Below are positions 1 to 11,999 of a DNA stretch of 64,000 nt, piece after piece. Numbering within the stretch: the stretch's first letter is position 1; each line of letters starts with the position of its first letter. The translations under genes were made by a program, and so were the position numbers. Below the pieces are notes generated by a model that was not told the DNA's origin, did no database searches, and saw only the letters and a list, made by a program, of their open reading frames with translations. The DNA is from Octopus vulgaris (lineage: Eukaryota): the NCBI GenBank assembly GCA_951406725.2, contig OX597817.1, positions 61,628,001 through 61,692,000 of the forward strand. Reading direction: 5' to 3'.

Positions 1-184
1 ACACTTTCTCCCTCTGCCTCTCTCTTTCTTTCCTTCTGTTTGCAGAAGAAAAAAAAAAACCTGACATATAAAATAAACATTGGGTCATGCAAGTCTTCAT
101 TTTCATCCTTTGTAACATTACTGAAGAAGTTATAATCATCTGGTGACTCTTATTTTACTAGCCCATCTTTTCTCTCTGGTTTTT

Positions 185-213
185 GTATGTGTGTGTGTGT
201 GTGTGTGTACACA

Positions 214-265
<52 letters not shown>

Positions 266-277
266 TCTATATCTATC

Positions 278-319
<42 letters not shown>

Positions 320-333
320 TCTATATCTATCTA

Positions 334-373
<40 letters not shown>

Positions 374-1138
374 TCTATATCTATCTATATATATATATAT
401 ACATCTATATCTATCTATATGTATATACATCTATATATATCTATCTATATGTATATACATCTATATCTATCTATCTATATGTATATACATCTATATCTAT
501 CTATCTATATATACATCTATATCTATCTTTCTATATATATATATATATATATATATACATACACATATATATACATACATCTATACATATATACATACAT
601 CTATATATATATATATATATATACATACACATATATATATATATATATCTATCTATCTATCTATCTATCTATATATATACATATATCTATCTATCTATCT
701 ATATATATATACATCTATCTATCTATCTATCTATATATATATATTTATACATACATCTATCTATCTATATATATATATATATACATACATCTATCTATCT
801 ATATATATATACATACATCTATCTATCTATCTATCTATATATATATATATACATACATCTATCTATCTATATATATATACATACATCTATCTATCTATAT
901 ATATACATACATCTATCTATCTATCTATATATATATACATACATCTATCTATCTATCTATATATATATACATACATCTATCTATCTATCTATATATATAT
1001 ATATATATATATATACATACATATCTATCTATCTATATATATATACATACATCTATCTATATATATATATATATACATACATCTATCTATCTATCTATCT
1101 ATCTATATATATATATATACATCTATCTATCTATTTAT
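185..1138. repeat. Compound microsatellite (GT)n/(CT)n/(AT)n/(ATCT)n/(ATAC)n
   Basis: Directly visible; produces the spurious YI-rich ORFs 143..1192, 183..1142 and 187..1167. Confidence 0.98.
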
Positions 1139-1158
1139 CTAAGGAAGGGAAGACGGAG

Positions 1159-1640
1159 GGCAAGTGAAATCGAAATTGAACCAATCCTATGACTGGCACC
1201 CGGCAGTTGCCAGGACCGCTGGCAGGTGGCAAGTAAAGAAACACCATTTCGACCCTGTGCTTGAGGAGATCCATTGAGTCAAGTACACCGACATCAAAAT
1301 CAATGGAAATTGCAGTTGTGATCCCTGAGCCGGTGGCACGTAAACAGCACCATCTGAAGGTGGCTGATGCCAGCGCCGCCTCGACTGGCTTCTGTGCCAG
1401 CAGCACGTAAAATGCACCAATCCGATTGTGGCCGTTGCCAGCCTCGCCTGGCACCTGTGCAGGTGGCACGTAAAAAGCACCCACTACACTCACGGAGTGG
1501 TTGGCGTTAGGAAGGGCATCCAGCTGTAGAAACACTGCCAGATCAGACTGGAGCCTGGTGCAGCCTTCTGGCTTCCCAGATCCCCGGTCGAACCGTATAA
1601 CCCATGCTAGCATGGAGAACGGACGTTAAATGATGATGAT
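1159..1640 (+). mobile_element. RTE LINE 3' UTR copy (5'-truncated) with (TGA)n tail
   Basis: Matches the sequence downstream of the RTE ORF at 42129-42652 (GGCATCCAGCTGTAGAAACACTGCCAGATC...CCATGCTAGCATGG...GGACGTTAAATGATGATGAT). Confidence 0.9.
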
Positions 1641-1654
1641 ATATATATATATAA

Positions 1655-2145
1655 GATCGTCTCAATGCAACATATCAGCTACTGGGAAAGACTGAAAGTA
1701 TTAAAACTTCTCTCTGGAGCGAAAGCAGTGATATACATCTGGAAGATCCTGGAGGGCCTTGTCCCGAATTTTAGCATTGAAAGTTATCCCAACAGCAGAA
1801 TCGGGCGTCACTGCATGATGCCAAATATCCCAACATCACCATTAAAATACAGGACCAGATACTGCAACAGCTTGGGTTTCAGAGGACCACAGCTCTTCAA
1901 TATCCTTCCTAAATGCCTGAGAGACCTGCATAGTGTGGATGTGGGTTTCTTTAAAACTGAACTGGATCTCTTCTTGTCAGGAGTTCCAGATGAACCTACC
2001 TCTCAGCAGGAAACACAGATGCGGGCAGCGGCATCGAACTCTCTTGTTGATCAAGTGCCATATATCAGAGGTGGTTTCGCATACTAGTGTAGCACATTCA
2101 ACGGTGGTGCCCAAGCATGGCCGCAGCTTTCGGGCTGAAACATTT
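1655..2145 (+). mobile_element. CR1/Jockey-group LINE 3' fragment (C-terminus of ORF2 plus 3' UTR)
   Basis: ORF 1665..2087 has SYWERLKVLKLLS, IYIWKILEGLVPN, RGPQLFNILP and FKTELDLFLSGVPDEP, typical of the post-RT C-terminus of CR1-group LINEs; small internal deletion. Confidence 0.8.
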
Positions 2146-2202
2146 TTAAGGATACATCTATATATATATCTATCTATCTATCTATCTATCTATATATATA
2201 TA

Positions 2203-2569
2203 CTCTCTTTACTCTTTTACTTGTTTCAGTCATTTGACTGCGGCCATGCTGGAGCACCACCTTTTAGTACTTATTCTATCGGTCTCTTTTTGCCGAACCG
2301 CTAAGTGTCGGGGACGTAAACATACCAGCATCGGTTGTCAAGCAATGCTAGGGGGACAAACACAGACACACAAACACACACACATATACATATATATACA
2401 TATATACGACAGGCTTCTTTCAGTTTCCGTCTACCAAATCCACTCACAAGGCATTGGTCGGCCCGGGGCTATAGCAGAAGACACTTGCCCAAGATGCCAT
2501 GCAGTGGGACTGAACCCGCAACCGTGTGGTTGGTTAGCAAGCTACTTACCACACAGCCACTCCTGCGCC
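2203..2569 (-). mobile_element. tRNA-derived SINE, head type 1 with CR1-like tail (young copy)
   Basis: Minus strand starts GGCGCAGGAGTGGCTGTGTGG (A box), has GGTTCAGTCCC (B box) and an internal (TA/TG)n, and ends CCAGCATGGCCGCAGTCAAATGACTGAAACAAGTAAAAGAG; very similar to 44121-44502. Confidence 0.92.
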
Positions 2570-2603
2570 TATGTTTATATATATATATATATATATACAC
2601 ACA

Positions 2604-3013
2604 AATAGTAGTTGTGATACCTGTGCCAGTGGCACATAAAAAGCACCATCTGAACGTGGCCGATGCCAGCGCCGCCTCGACTGGCTTCTGTGCCAGTGGC
2701 ACATAAAAAGCACCGTCCGAACGTGGCCGATGCCAGCGCCGCCTTGACTGGCTTCCGTGCCGGTGGCACTTTAAAAGCACCAACCGATCGTGGCTGATGC
2801 CAGACTCCTCTGGCACCTGTGCCGGTGGCACATAAAAAGCACCCACTACACTCGCGGAGTGGTTGCCATTAGGAAGGGTATCCAGCTGTAGAAACACTGC
2901 CAGATCAGACTGGAGCCTGGTGCAGCCTCCTGGCTTCCCAGACCCCAGTCGAACCGTCCAACCCGTGCTAGCGTGGAAAACGGGCGTTAAACGATGATGA
3001 TGATGATAATGAT
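2604..3013 (+). mobile_element. RTE LINE 3' UTR copy with four internal repeat units
   Basis: Same family as 1159-1640 and 42129-42652; (TGA)n tail; flanked by (TA)n/(CA)n. Confidence 0.9.
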
Positions 3014-3017
3014 ATAT

Positions 3018-3087
<70 letters not shown>

Positions 3088-3167
3088 ATGTATGTATTTA
3101 CCCTCCTGCTTTCTAGAGACACAGAAGATTGTGTGCCATATACCTTTGAAACATTTTGAATATATTT

Positions 3168-3470
3168 CACTTGCTTCAGAGTCATTGGACTACAGCTACG
3201 CTGGGGGACCCCCTTGATTGGTTGGAGTTGGACAAATTGACCCCTGTACTATTGCTTTTTTTTTTTCTTCCTTAATGTCTGATACTTATTTTAGCAGACT
3301 CTATTGCCAAAATGCTAAGTTGTGGAAATGTGAACAAATTAACATTAGTTGTCAAGCAGTGGGCAGCGAGGAATAAACACACACACACACACACACGTTT
3401 CGTGTAGTTTCCATCTACCAAATTGGCTCACAAGATATTGGAGCTGTTGTAGAAGTCATTCACCCAAAGT
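3168..3470 (-). mobile_element. Degenerate head-1 SINE with CR1-like tail
   Basis: Diverged match to the tail and body of 2203-2569. Confidence 0.65.
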
Positions 3471-3877
3471 GAAAATGTCTTCTACATGGCACCAACTCCA
3501 ACAGGGTCACCAGGTAACTTGCAAAACAAGACAATCTCTTCAACTGGCAGAGTAGCATTGAGGGAGGTTGCTTTGTGCCAGTTGTTGGTTTAGGCAAAAT
3601 TCATTTAAGCCCCTCCACCACATATATCCTGGGTTACAACTTGGGAGCATTTTTTGGTAGTTCTATCGTACATTAATCAAGCCTGTAAACTTGAACTCAG
3701 AACTGCAATTTGCCAAGCAACCCTACTCTGTTGGTTGCATTTCAATAATTTGTTTTCATTTGTAGGTTTTGAGTTTTAACTTTCTGCCACCAACTTTTCT
3801 TTTTACCATCTTCCTGAGTGGGAGATTGATGGAATAAGCACCAATACATACACACACACACATATATATGTATATAA

Positions 3878-4237
3878 AGAAGTCCTGATCACTTAAAGTG
3901 GATGGAAGTTGTAGAAAAAGGATACCCAGGAAGACATGCGAATATGGAAGGCCAATCTGAAAACGCTGAACCTTATGAAGGAAATGATAGGACTGTGATA
4001 TGTGGTGCATTGCTACACTCAAATACCCACCCACCACAACAGAACTGATATCCTAAAACCAAGGTGCCATGTAAAAAACACCCAGTACACTCCTTAAAAT
4101 GGTTGGTGTTAGGAAGGGCAAACAACCATAGAAACCAAAGCAAAACTCTGGGACCTTGTGCAGGCCCTGGCCTCGCCAGTTCCTGTCCAACTCATGTCAG
4201 TATGGAAAATAGATGTTAAATGTTGATGATGATGATA
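3878..4237 (+). mobile_element. Old RTE LINE 3' end
   Basis: CCCAGGAAGACA (PRKT-like ORF end) followed by the RTE-type 3' UTR and (TGA)n tail. Confidence 0.65.
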
Positions 4238-4904
4238 TATCTATATATCTCATTTAATGTCCCTTTTCCATGCTAGCTTAGGTTAAACAGTCTGACAGGA
4301 TCTAGCAAGCCACAGGACTGCATTGAGGACCGGTGTTAGCTTTGACATAGTTTCTAAGGCTAGATGCCCTTCTTAATACCGACTACCTTATAGTGTGTAC
4401 TGGGTGCACCAAGTAACTTGCAAGACATGAAAAATGCCCTGCAACTAATTGGCAGGGAGTATATGAGAGGGGTAGGTGAATTTGTGCAAGGTGTTCAGAG
4501 GCTAAAATATAATAGCAGGACAAGCACAGGTGTCTTCCTATAGAGGAGGATACATGGCTACCTTACTATGTAAGGGTGGGTGGGAGTAAGTTGCAGGGAA
4601 GAAGATAAAGATGGTAGTAATGGGGTGCCATCCGAAACATTATCCCTCAGAATTTAAGAGAATACTTCACCTCTGGTAGAGTAGCAAAGTATCAGGGCCT
4701 TCAATAAAGATAGCAGCTGTACATTTCAACTTGAATGAGGCTGAAATTTTATCCTACTCGTATGGTCTGGAAGTAAAGTCTGTAAATATGGCCTTTCTCT
4801 GTGTTAGAAGGACTTTTTGAATTTAAGCTTCTTCCATTGCTTATCAACTCCTGAATTGGATTTGGGATTGTCTTTAGCTCAACAACTGCCCTTGGTAATT
4901 GACT

Positions 4905-5275
4905 TCTGTTTGTGTAAACGTTTGCTTCCCAACCGCTTGGTTTTAGGTTCAGTCCCATCGTGTGGCACCTTGGACAAGTGTCTTCTACTATAGCCCTGGG
5001 TTTTCCACAGCCTTGTGAGTGGATTTGGTAGAGTCTGAAAGAAGCCTGCTATGTGTATCCTTTGCCTTGACATCATGTGATAGTTGTAAACAAGTATTGT
5101 CATCATGCAAGTGGTGTCTTCCATGAAAAACAGGTCTGGCCATAGGAAAATATTACCATGGTTACAGGTGAGGGTTAGTGTCAGGAAGAGCACCCGGTTG
5201 TAGAAAACCTTCAACAAATTCTATCTGACCTGTGCAAGCTCGGAAAAGTGGACATAAACATGATGATAATGATTT
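4905..5275 (+). mobile_element. Head-1 SINE with RTE-type tail
   Basis: GGTTCAGTCCC B box and CCTTGTGAGTGGATTTGGTAGA body, then a tail ending GGAAAAGTGGACATAAACATGATGATAATGAT like the RTE 3' end. Confidence 0.8.
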
Positions 5276-5750
5276 AAATCTATCCTAAATAGCAAAACTA
5301 TAAAAGCCCTTATTTTAGGTTTCCTAATAATCTGGGTGGATTGGGTGACTATGGCCTTGCTCTCAAAGTAATGTGACTGGATTTTCAATTTTATTTTATT
5401 TTATTTTATAACTGTGGGTCTTCACAATTGGGACCACCCAACTCTCAAGGGATCTATTGTAAATGTTAAAATTATCAAATTAGCCCCAAACCTATTGCAA
5501 ACACAAGAAAACTCATTTAGCTTCCTCTGTGACATTACAAACTGCTGTATTTTGACTGAACATTGCTAGCATTCCTCTGAAGCACTCCCTTACGAAAAAA
5601 ATGAAAAATGCACAATTCTGCTGGGGACAGTAATTTAACTTCACTTAAACCAAAGCTAAATGTGTCTCTATGAAGTCATTATCATAAAGCTCTGTTTTAA
5701 AGTAAGACTAAATTATTGATGTATAATTGATAGCAATTATTTTCATATAA

Positions 5751-6991
5751 TATTGGGCCATCCCATAAATAATGTGTTTTTTTTCAATTGCAAGAACTAA
5801 AAAAGTCAGAGGGGGATGGGATAAACTACCTGTATCAACTTGCTATCAAAGCAGGTAGTAATATTACCTTGTACTTATTCTTAGTGCAAGTTTTGAAGAA
5901 TGCAGTTCGATTTTAAGAGTTATTCTTTCAAAACTATAATGGAAGTGACAAAGGAGCATATTCAGCATATTTTGCTTTCAGAGTTCAATAAAGGCAACAA
6001 TGCAACGGAAAGTGTGAGGAATATTAATGCAGTATACGGAGATCGGACATCCAAGCTGGAAACTACAGCCTAGATGATGGGCCTTGTCTTGGAAGATCTG
6101 TAGAGCTTGACGAGGATGTCCTGCAAAATCTGGAACAAAATCCTGTCGTAACTGTTAAGGAACTAGTAGAGAAACTTGATCATTCAACCATCCATCGACA
6201 CCTGCGTAGCATCAGGAAAGTTAGCAAATTGGTTCGATAGGTTCCTCATAAACTTTCTGAGTCTAATCATGTGCAGAGGGTAAAAGTGTGCTCTTCTTTG
6301 CTCTCACATCTCATGAATGAACCTTTTTTGAACTGAATAGTGACTGGTTATGAGAAATGGGTTCCCCATAAAAATATCAAGCGCTGAAGACAGTGGTTAG
6401 GGAAAGGAAAAACACTGGCACCCCAGGCTAAAGAAGGTCTTCACCCAGGTAAGGTGTTGTTATCTGTTTGGTGTGATATGAATGGTTTAGTTCTCTTTGA
6501 ACTTCTAAACCCAAACCAAATGATAACAAAGATCTACTGCAAGCAACTTGAGTGGCTTAAGTCAGCACTAGAAAAAAAAAAATGACCATTTTTGGTTTCA
6601 AGACAAAAGGTTTACTTCCACCAGGATAATGCTCGACCACATACAACGAGGATGACATTCCAGAGGCTGAAGCAGTTTTAATGGGAAAGGATGCTCTACC
6701 CACCATATTTGCTGGACATTGCCCCATCTGATTATCATTTATTTTGCAGTCTTCAAAATCATTTGGACAGAAAAAATATGAATTCTGTAGATGAGGTCAG
6801 AAGAGTACTGGAGGAGTATTTTCTTTCACAAACAAGTGAAATTTGGAAGAGGGGCCTTGCAAGTCTACCAGATAGATGGAAGAACATTGTAGAAAATGGA
6901 GAGTATATTTTAGATCAAAAAAGAACTTTATATTAATTTTGAAAAATAAAAGAAGTATGAAAAACCACATTATTTATGAGATGACTGCATA
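5751..6991 (+). mobile_element. Mariner (Tc1/mariner, DD34D-type) DNA transposon, near full length, defective
   Basis: TIRs TATTGGGCCATCCCATAAATAATGTGTTTTT (5751-) and AAAAACCACATTATTTATGAGATGACTGCATA (-6991), TA at both ends, about 1.24 kb, transposase inside. Confidence 0.93.
5939..6936 (+). pseudogene. Mariner transposase pseudogene
   Basis: MEVTKEHIQHILL start, *VPHKL (WVPHxL with stop), IVTGYEKW (catalytic D mutated), FHQDNARPH and PPYLLDIAPSDYHLF; several stops and frameshifts. Confidence 0.92.
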
Positions 6992-7349
6992 GTATTTAAA
7001 AAGGAAAAAAAAAACAATGGAACTTACAACCATATGGATATGAGTGTTCGGAAAATAAAGTCATACTTTTTGGTTTATTCATAAATATTTTATCAAAATC
7101 ATCACTGACCACAGCCTTTAATTAAACTTATGACAAAGCATTCTACAAAAACAGATTTAAAAAAAAAAAATCTTTGATTAGCAAGTGTGAAATGAACACA
7201 CAAAGACAAGGGAGACCATTCATTTCTGTCTGCCAAAAAGTTATATGAAAGATTATAACAAGTAAATAAGTTATTTTAAACAAAACTATTACGACTTTTG
7301 GCAGCCAAGTGTTTTATTAGAGGACTTTGTGTGTGTGTGTGTATACATA

Positions 7350-7700
7350 CTCTTTTATTCTTTTACTTGTTTCAGTCCTTAGTCTGTAGCCATGCTGGGG
7401 CAATGCCTTGAAATGTTTGGTTGAACAAATCAACCCTATTACTTATTTCATCTGACGCGTTTTGCTGAACCACTGAGCTACAAGGACATCAACAAACCAA
7501 CACTAGTTGTCAAGTGTTGGTGGTGGGGTACAGACAGGCATGCACACACACAGATATATATATATGACAGTCTTCTTTCAGTTTCCATCCACCAAATCCT
7601 CTCACAAGGCTTTGCTCGGCCCAGTAGAAGATACTTGCCCAAGGTGCCATGCAGAGGGACTGAACTCAGAACTATGTGGTTGGGAAGTAAACTTCTTAAC
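7350..7700 (-). mobile_element. Head-1 SINE with CR1-like tail
   Basis: Tail TTTTACTTGTTTCAGTC...GCCATGCTGGGGCA and head GGGACTGAAC...TGTGGTTGGGAAG as seen on +. Confidence 0.8.
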
Positions 7701-8892
7701 ATCAAGGTTATTATTTTAAAGCGAATTTGAGAATACCAATGGAACATTTACTGATGGGGGTGACCCAATATTGAGAATTGAGTCAATATGAACATAAACA
7801 TAAATAACAGTGGCACCCATCTCCTGTAGGATGTGGGATCCAATTCATTCCATGGCAGCATGGAAAAACGAACATAATAGTAATACATATACACAAGCAC
7901 ACATGCATTTCCAATAGTTTTAACCAAATTAGGACAGAAAATATCATTCAAATTTCACTCAATTGATCAAGATTGACAAACTCATCATTTAATGTCCACT
8001 TTTCTTCCATGCTTGAATGGGTCAAATGGGGTTCATTTGAGACATATTTTACAGCTGGATGCATAGCCTGTTGCCAACACTCACCGTCTCCCAGCAAGGT
8101 AATATTTCCTCCACAGAATATTGGAAATGAATGACAACACTGCCTGCATGACAGTGACACTCATTTACAACTATCATGTGATGTCAACACAAGGACACAC
8201 GGGCACACTTGACTGTGGTTGTAAATTAATGTAAGCCATTTTCAAGAACACACAACTGCAGCATGCTCTCCATATGACACATGGACAAGTAACATTTGAC
8301 TTCTTCTCAAGTATTGGTGGATAAATTGATTAAGCATTAACGATAAGTTGATTATTAAAGTGTTATCTTGGGAAGGTAGATTTCATTCTTTCCTAGCTCT
8401 CTTATATATATTTTTTTATATGTATTTCCAACATCTGTTTTCAGGTTGGGAACAATTCCATTACTGCTTAATCTAAACCTGCTAATAGTTACCATGTAAT
8501 CCAGTGCAACCTGCTCGTTGTGACTAAAGCAGCCTACCTACCAGGCTTACTCAGTGATGGATTTAAAGAAACAAAAATACCTGTCAATGGCAAATGAGCT
8601 CGTTGAGGGCCAAAGGTGGAAGAGATGGGTGCCCCTAAGATTAGCAAACCAAACAAAATAGAAGCTACACCAACACTGAATTTTGCACCTGAACAACTGT
8701 CAAGTCTCAGGTTCATGAAGAAAACGTAAAACCAAGAGGGACAATGTCTCAATAATAGAAATGATATGGGAACAACTGGACTTGACTAGTGTTTGCGGTG
8801 AAATTTAGTTTTAAAATATATTCTTTGATTAGACATACCTTAAAATTTACAAAGACCAAAAATAAAAAAAAAAACTCTGTTTACATAAACAC

Positions 8893-9230
8893 AGGCCTGG
8901 ATGTGTGGTTAAGAAGCTCACTTTGCAACTGTGTGATATTAAGTTCAGTCCCAATGTACAAGACCTTGGACAAATGTCTTCCACTATGACCCGGGGAACC
9001 ACAAGCTTGTGAGTAAATTTAGGAGAGGAAAACTGCGTGAAGCCCTTTGTATGTATACACACACATTTGTGTCTGTGTTTATTCCCACCGCTTGACAACT
9101 GCTATTCATTTCTGTTTTCATACAGAGCAGTTTAGCAAAAAGGGACGAATAGAATATATACCAAACTTTAAAAAAAGGCAGTGCCCCAGCATGGCCACAG
9201 TCCAATGACTGAAACAAGTGAAATATAAAA
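8893..9230 (+). mobile_element. Head-1 SINE with CR1-like tail
   Basis: GGATGTGTGGTTAAGAAGC...GTTCAGTCCC...GCCCCAGCATGGCCACAGTCCAATGACTGAAACAAG. Confidence 0.82.
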
Positions 9231-9584
9231 AATTTAAAGACGAGACTCCAGGCCTTAATTATAAGGAAAATTGATTGAAGATATTTGACCCCTCATTCAC
9301 AAAATATTTGTGTTTTGTCTAATTGAAAAATGTCTTACCCACCCCCTTAACCCTATCTTTAAAGGTCATTCCAACATTTTGTTGTTAGAGGTTACCAGTC
9401 ACTCTTATTAGGAATGTGGCCCAGTTTTCAGTGATGCAACTAAACGTGCTAACGTAGGTTTTGAATTTTGTTTGGCAGAAGGATGTCACAAATTTGTTGG
9501 GAAGACTACGTCTATTGATACAACTTTCAGAGTATCTACCCTAATACATGTCTGGTACATAGTTTATCAACCACAATAATAATA

Positions 9585-9914
9585 GGCACAAGTGTGGCTG
9601 TGTGGTAAGAAGTCTACTTCTCAACCGCATGGCTTTTGGGTTCAGTCCCACTGTGTGATACCTCGGTCAAGTGTCTTTTACTATAGGCCTTGGCCAACCA
9701 ATGCTTTGTGAGTTGATTTCATTGATGGAAACTGTGTGTTTAACTGTCTCCTTGCTTTGGCACCTTGTGGTAGTTGTGTGGAAAAACATCTTACTTGGAA
9801 GCAGATGAGGGTTGACTACAACAAGAGCCTCCAGCTGTCAAGAATTCACTTCAAGAAACTCCATCTGATCCATGGGAGCATGAAAAAATGAATGTTAAAT
9901 GATGATGATGATGA
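9585..9914 (+). mobile_element. Head-1 SINE with RTE-type tail
   Basis: GTGGCTGTGTGGTAAGAAG...GGTTCAGTCCCACTG head; ends AATGTTAAATGATGATGATG. Confidence 0.8.
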
Positions 9915-9917
9915 ATA

Positions 9918-10352
9918 TCATCATCATCATCATCGTTTAACGTCCGTTTTCCATGCTAGCATGGCTTGGACGGTTCAACTGGGGTCTGGGAAGCCAGAAG
10001 GCTGCGCCAGGCCCTGTCTGATCTAGCAGTGATTCTACAGCTGGATGCGCTTCCTAACGCCAACCACTCTGTGAGTGTAGTGGGTGCTTTTTACGTGCCA
10101 CCTGCACAGGTGCCAGGGGAGGCTGGTAAACGGCCACGATTGGATGGTACTTTTTACGTGCCACCGGCACAGGGGCCAGACAAGGCTGGCAACGGCCACA
10201 ATAGGATGGTGCTTTTTACATGCCACCGGCACAGAGGCCAGTCGGGGCGGTGCTGGCAACGGCCACGTTTGGATGGTTCTCTTACGTGCCACCGGCACTG
10301 GTATCACAGCTACAATTTCCATTGATGTTGATCGATTTCGATTTTGATTTTG
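9918..10352 (-). mobile_element. RTE LINE 3' UTR copy
   Basis: Reverse complement of the 42230-42652 segment; (ATC)n at the left end, tail-to-tail with the preceding SINE. Confidence 0.9.
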
Positions 10353-10729
10353 ATAATGTGAAGAAAATGCTTTCACTTAGAACATGACCAGCATTTGAAC
10401 TACAAACGTAGACGAAACAAACTTAGGTATCCTACCAGTCCACCCATAATGTTGATGATGATATTAATTGCAATAATAAAAACAATGATTGTTCTAATCC
10501 CGGCATAGTGTAATATTGTGATTCTTTTACAAGATGAAGAAAACAAAGAACTAAAACAAAAACATGGAGGGTGAATATCTTTATAAACAGGTTCATGTAC
10601 TGGTTCCAGCCATTTGGCTCTGGTCATACTGGAGCACCTGCATTATGCTTACTGATGATTTCTAAAACAAGCACATTACCATACATTTTGAGGAGATTGT
10701 AGGTGATTACATCATCAAACAACTTTATC

Positions 10730-11090
10730 TTTTTTCTTGTTTCTGTCATTGTGGCCATGCTGGAGGCATTTCCTTGAAGGGTTTTACTCAAACAAATCAA
10801 ACTCAGGACTTAATGTTTTTTTTTTCAAGTCTGGTACTTATTTGTTGATCTCTCTTTTCTAACTGCTAAGTTATTGGGGGATGTAAAAAATAAAATCAAA
10901 ACCAGTGGTGGGGAGGGTGCTGCTCATACACAAAACAGGCTTTCACGCAGTTTCTCTCTACAAAATTCACCCATCAGGCACTGGGTGTCCTGGTGCTACA
11001 GTGGAAGACGTTTGCCCAAGCTGTTATCCAATGGGACTGCACCTGAAACCATGTGGTTTCAAAGCAAACTTCTTAACCTTGCAGGCATAT
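10730..11090 (-). mobile_element. Degenerate head-1 SINE with CR1-like tail
   Basis: GTGGCCATGCTGGAGGCA tail and TTGCCCAAG...GGGACTG...ACCATGTGG head remnants. Confidence 0.7.
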
Positions 11091-11999
11091 CTGTGCCTAG
11101 ACTTGACGACTACATTTTTTTATCAATGTTCAAAAGAATGAGAACCAGCTGAAAACCTCAGCAGGATTTGAACCCAGAACTTAAAAATACCCAGCTAAAA
11201 TAATACAAGGCATTTTATGTCACCTCTTTTGGTCCTTTCACATTCTTGCATGGGGTTATATTAGATACACACAAGCCTGTCAGGCCTGGGGACCCAGATA
11301 GGTACTCCATTGGACCCAAGAGCAATCTTTTAACCTTGTAGATCTATGTTGTTTAACCCCAGCTCAGCTCACATCAAGCAGATCTATGATCAGACATGCT
11401 AATCATGACCACCCTATCGTTATAACTATCATTATCAAGTATAGCATATTGTAGAACTTTATTATGCAATGTTGTTCCATATTTTAAGATGTTAAGGTGT
11501 GATGTGAGGATGATTTGGTTGCTATTTTTAGTTTGTTGTGTGGGTATTGTCAGGCTTCCTCATTAGTTCAGGTTTTATTGATATAGGTGCAGACACACAT
11601 CATTCCTTTTTAAGAATTCCAGGGAAGAAATTCTATGAACAACCAACACTTAGTCAGTATCAGTGCCACTCCTCACACTTAGCCGTAATATATATCTATA
11701 GAAGAAGCCTTACAAATCTTTCAGACTTTCTCTGGAATTGCAGTCTGTCATTAGAATATACGCTGTTCCTGCTGGAATCATTCTTTACCAATACCAGCAA
11801 TACAAACTTTATTGATTATTAAGATATAGTTAAAGATGCATTTCGTAAAACGGAGCATAACACCCACTACCGAAACCACCACCACCACCAAGAAGCAATG
11901 GTTTGACTTTACCATTCCATGTTGCCTTTGGTGAGATGAATTTTCCAAATTTGTGTTTTTTTAATTGTTGAAACAGTGTTTTCCTGTAATCTTTTTTTT

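Noticed and set aside
143-1192. Long Tyr/Ile-rich ORFs in three frames
   Set aside because: They are translations of stop-free microsatellite, not genes.
2490-2569. tRNA gene
   Set aside because: The A and B boxes belong to SINE heads and continue into SINE bodies; no complete cloverleaf is evident.
2622-2846. CRISPR-like repeat-spacer appearance
   Set aside because: The spacers are homologous to each other, the array is part of a LINE 3' UTR found in many copies, the context is eukaryotic, and there are no cas genes.
8445-8730. Possible exon after a TTTTCAG acceptor
   Set aside because: There are stops in the plausible frames, no convincing donor, and no recognisable protein.
9966-10347. 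Recurrent ORFs such as LQLDALPNANHSVSVVGAFYVPP
   Set aside because: These are antisense translations of the RTE 3' UTR, repeated wherever the element occurs.
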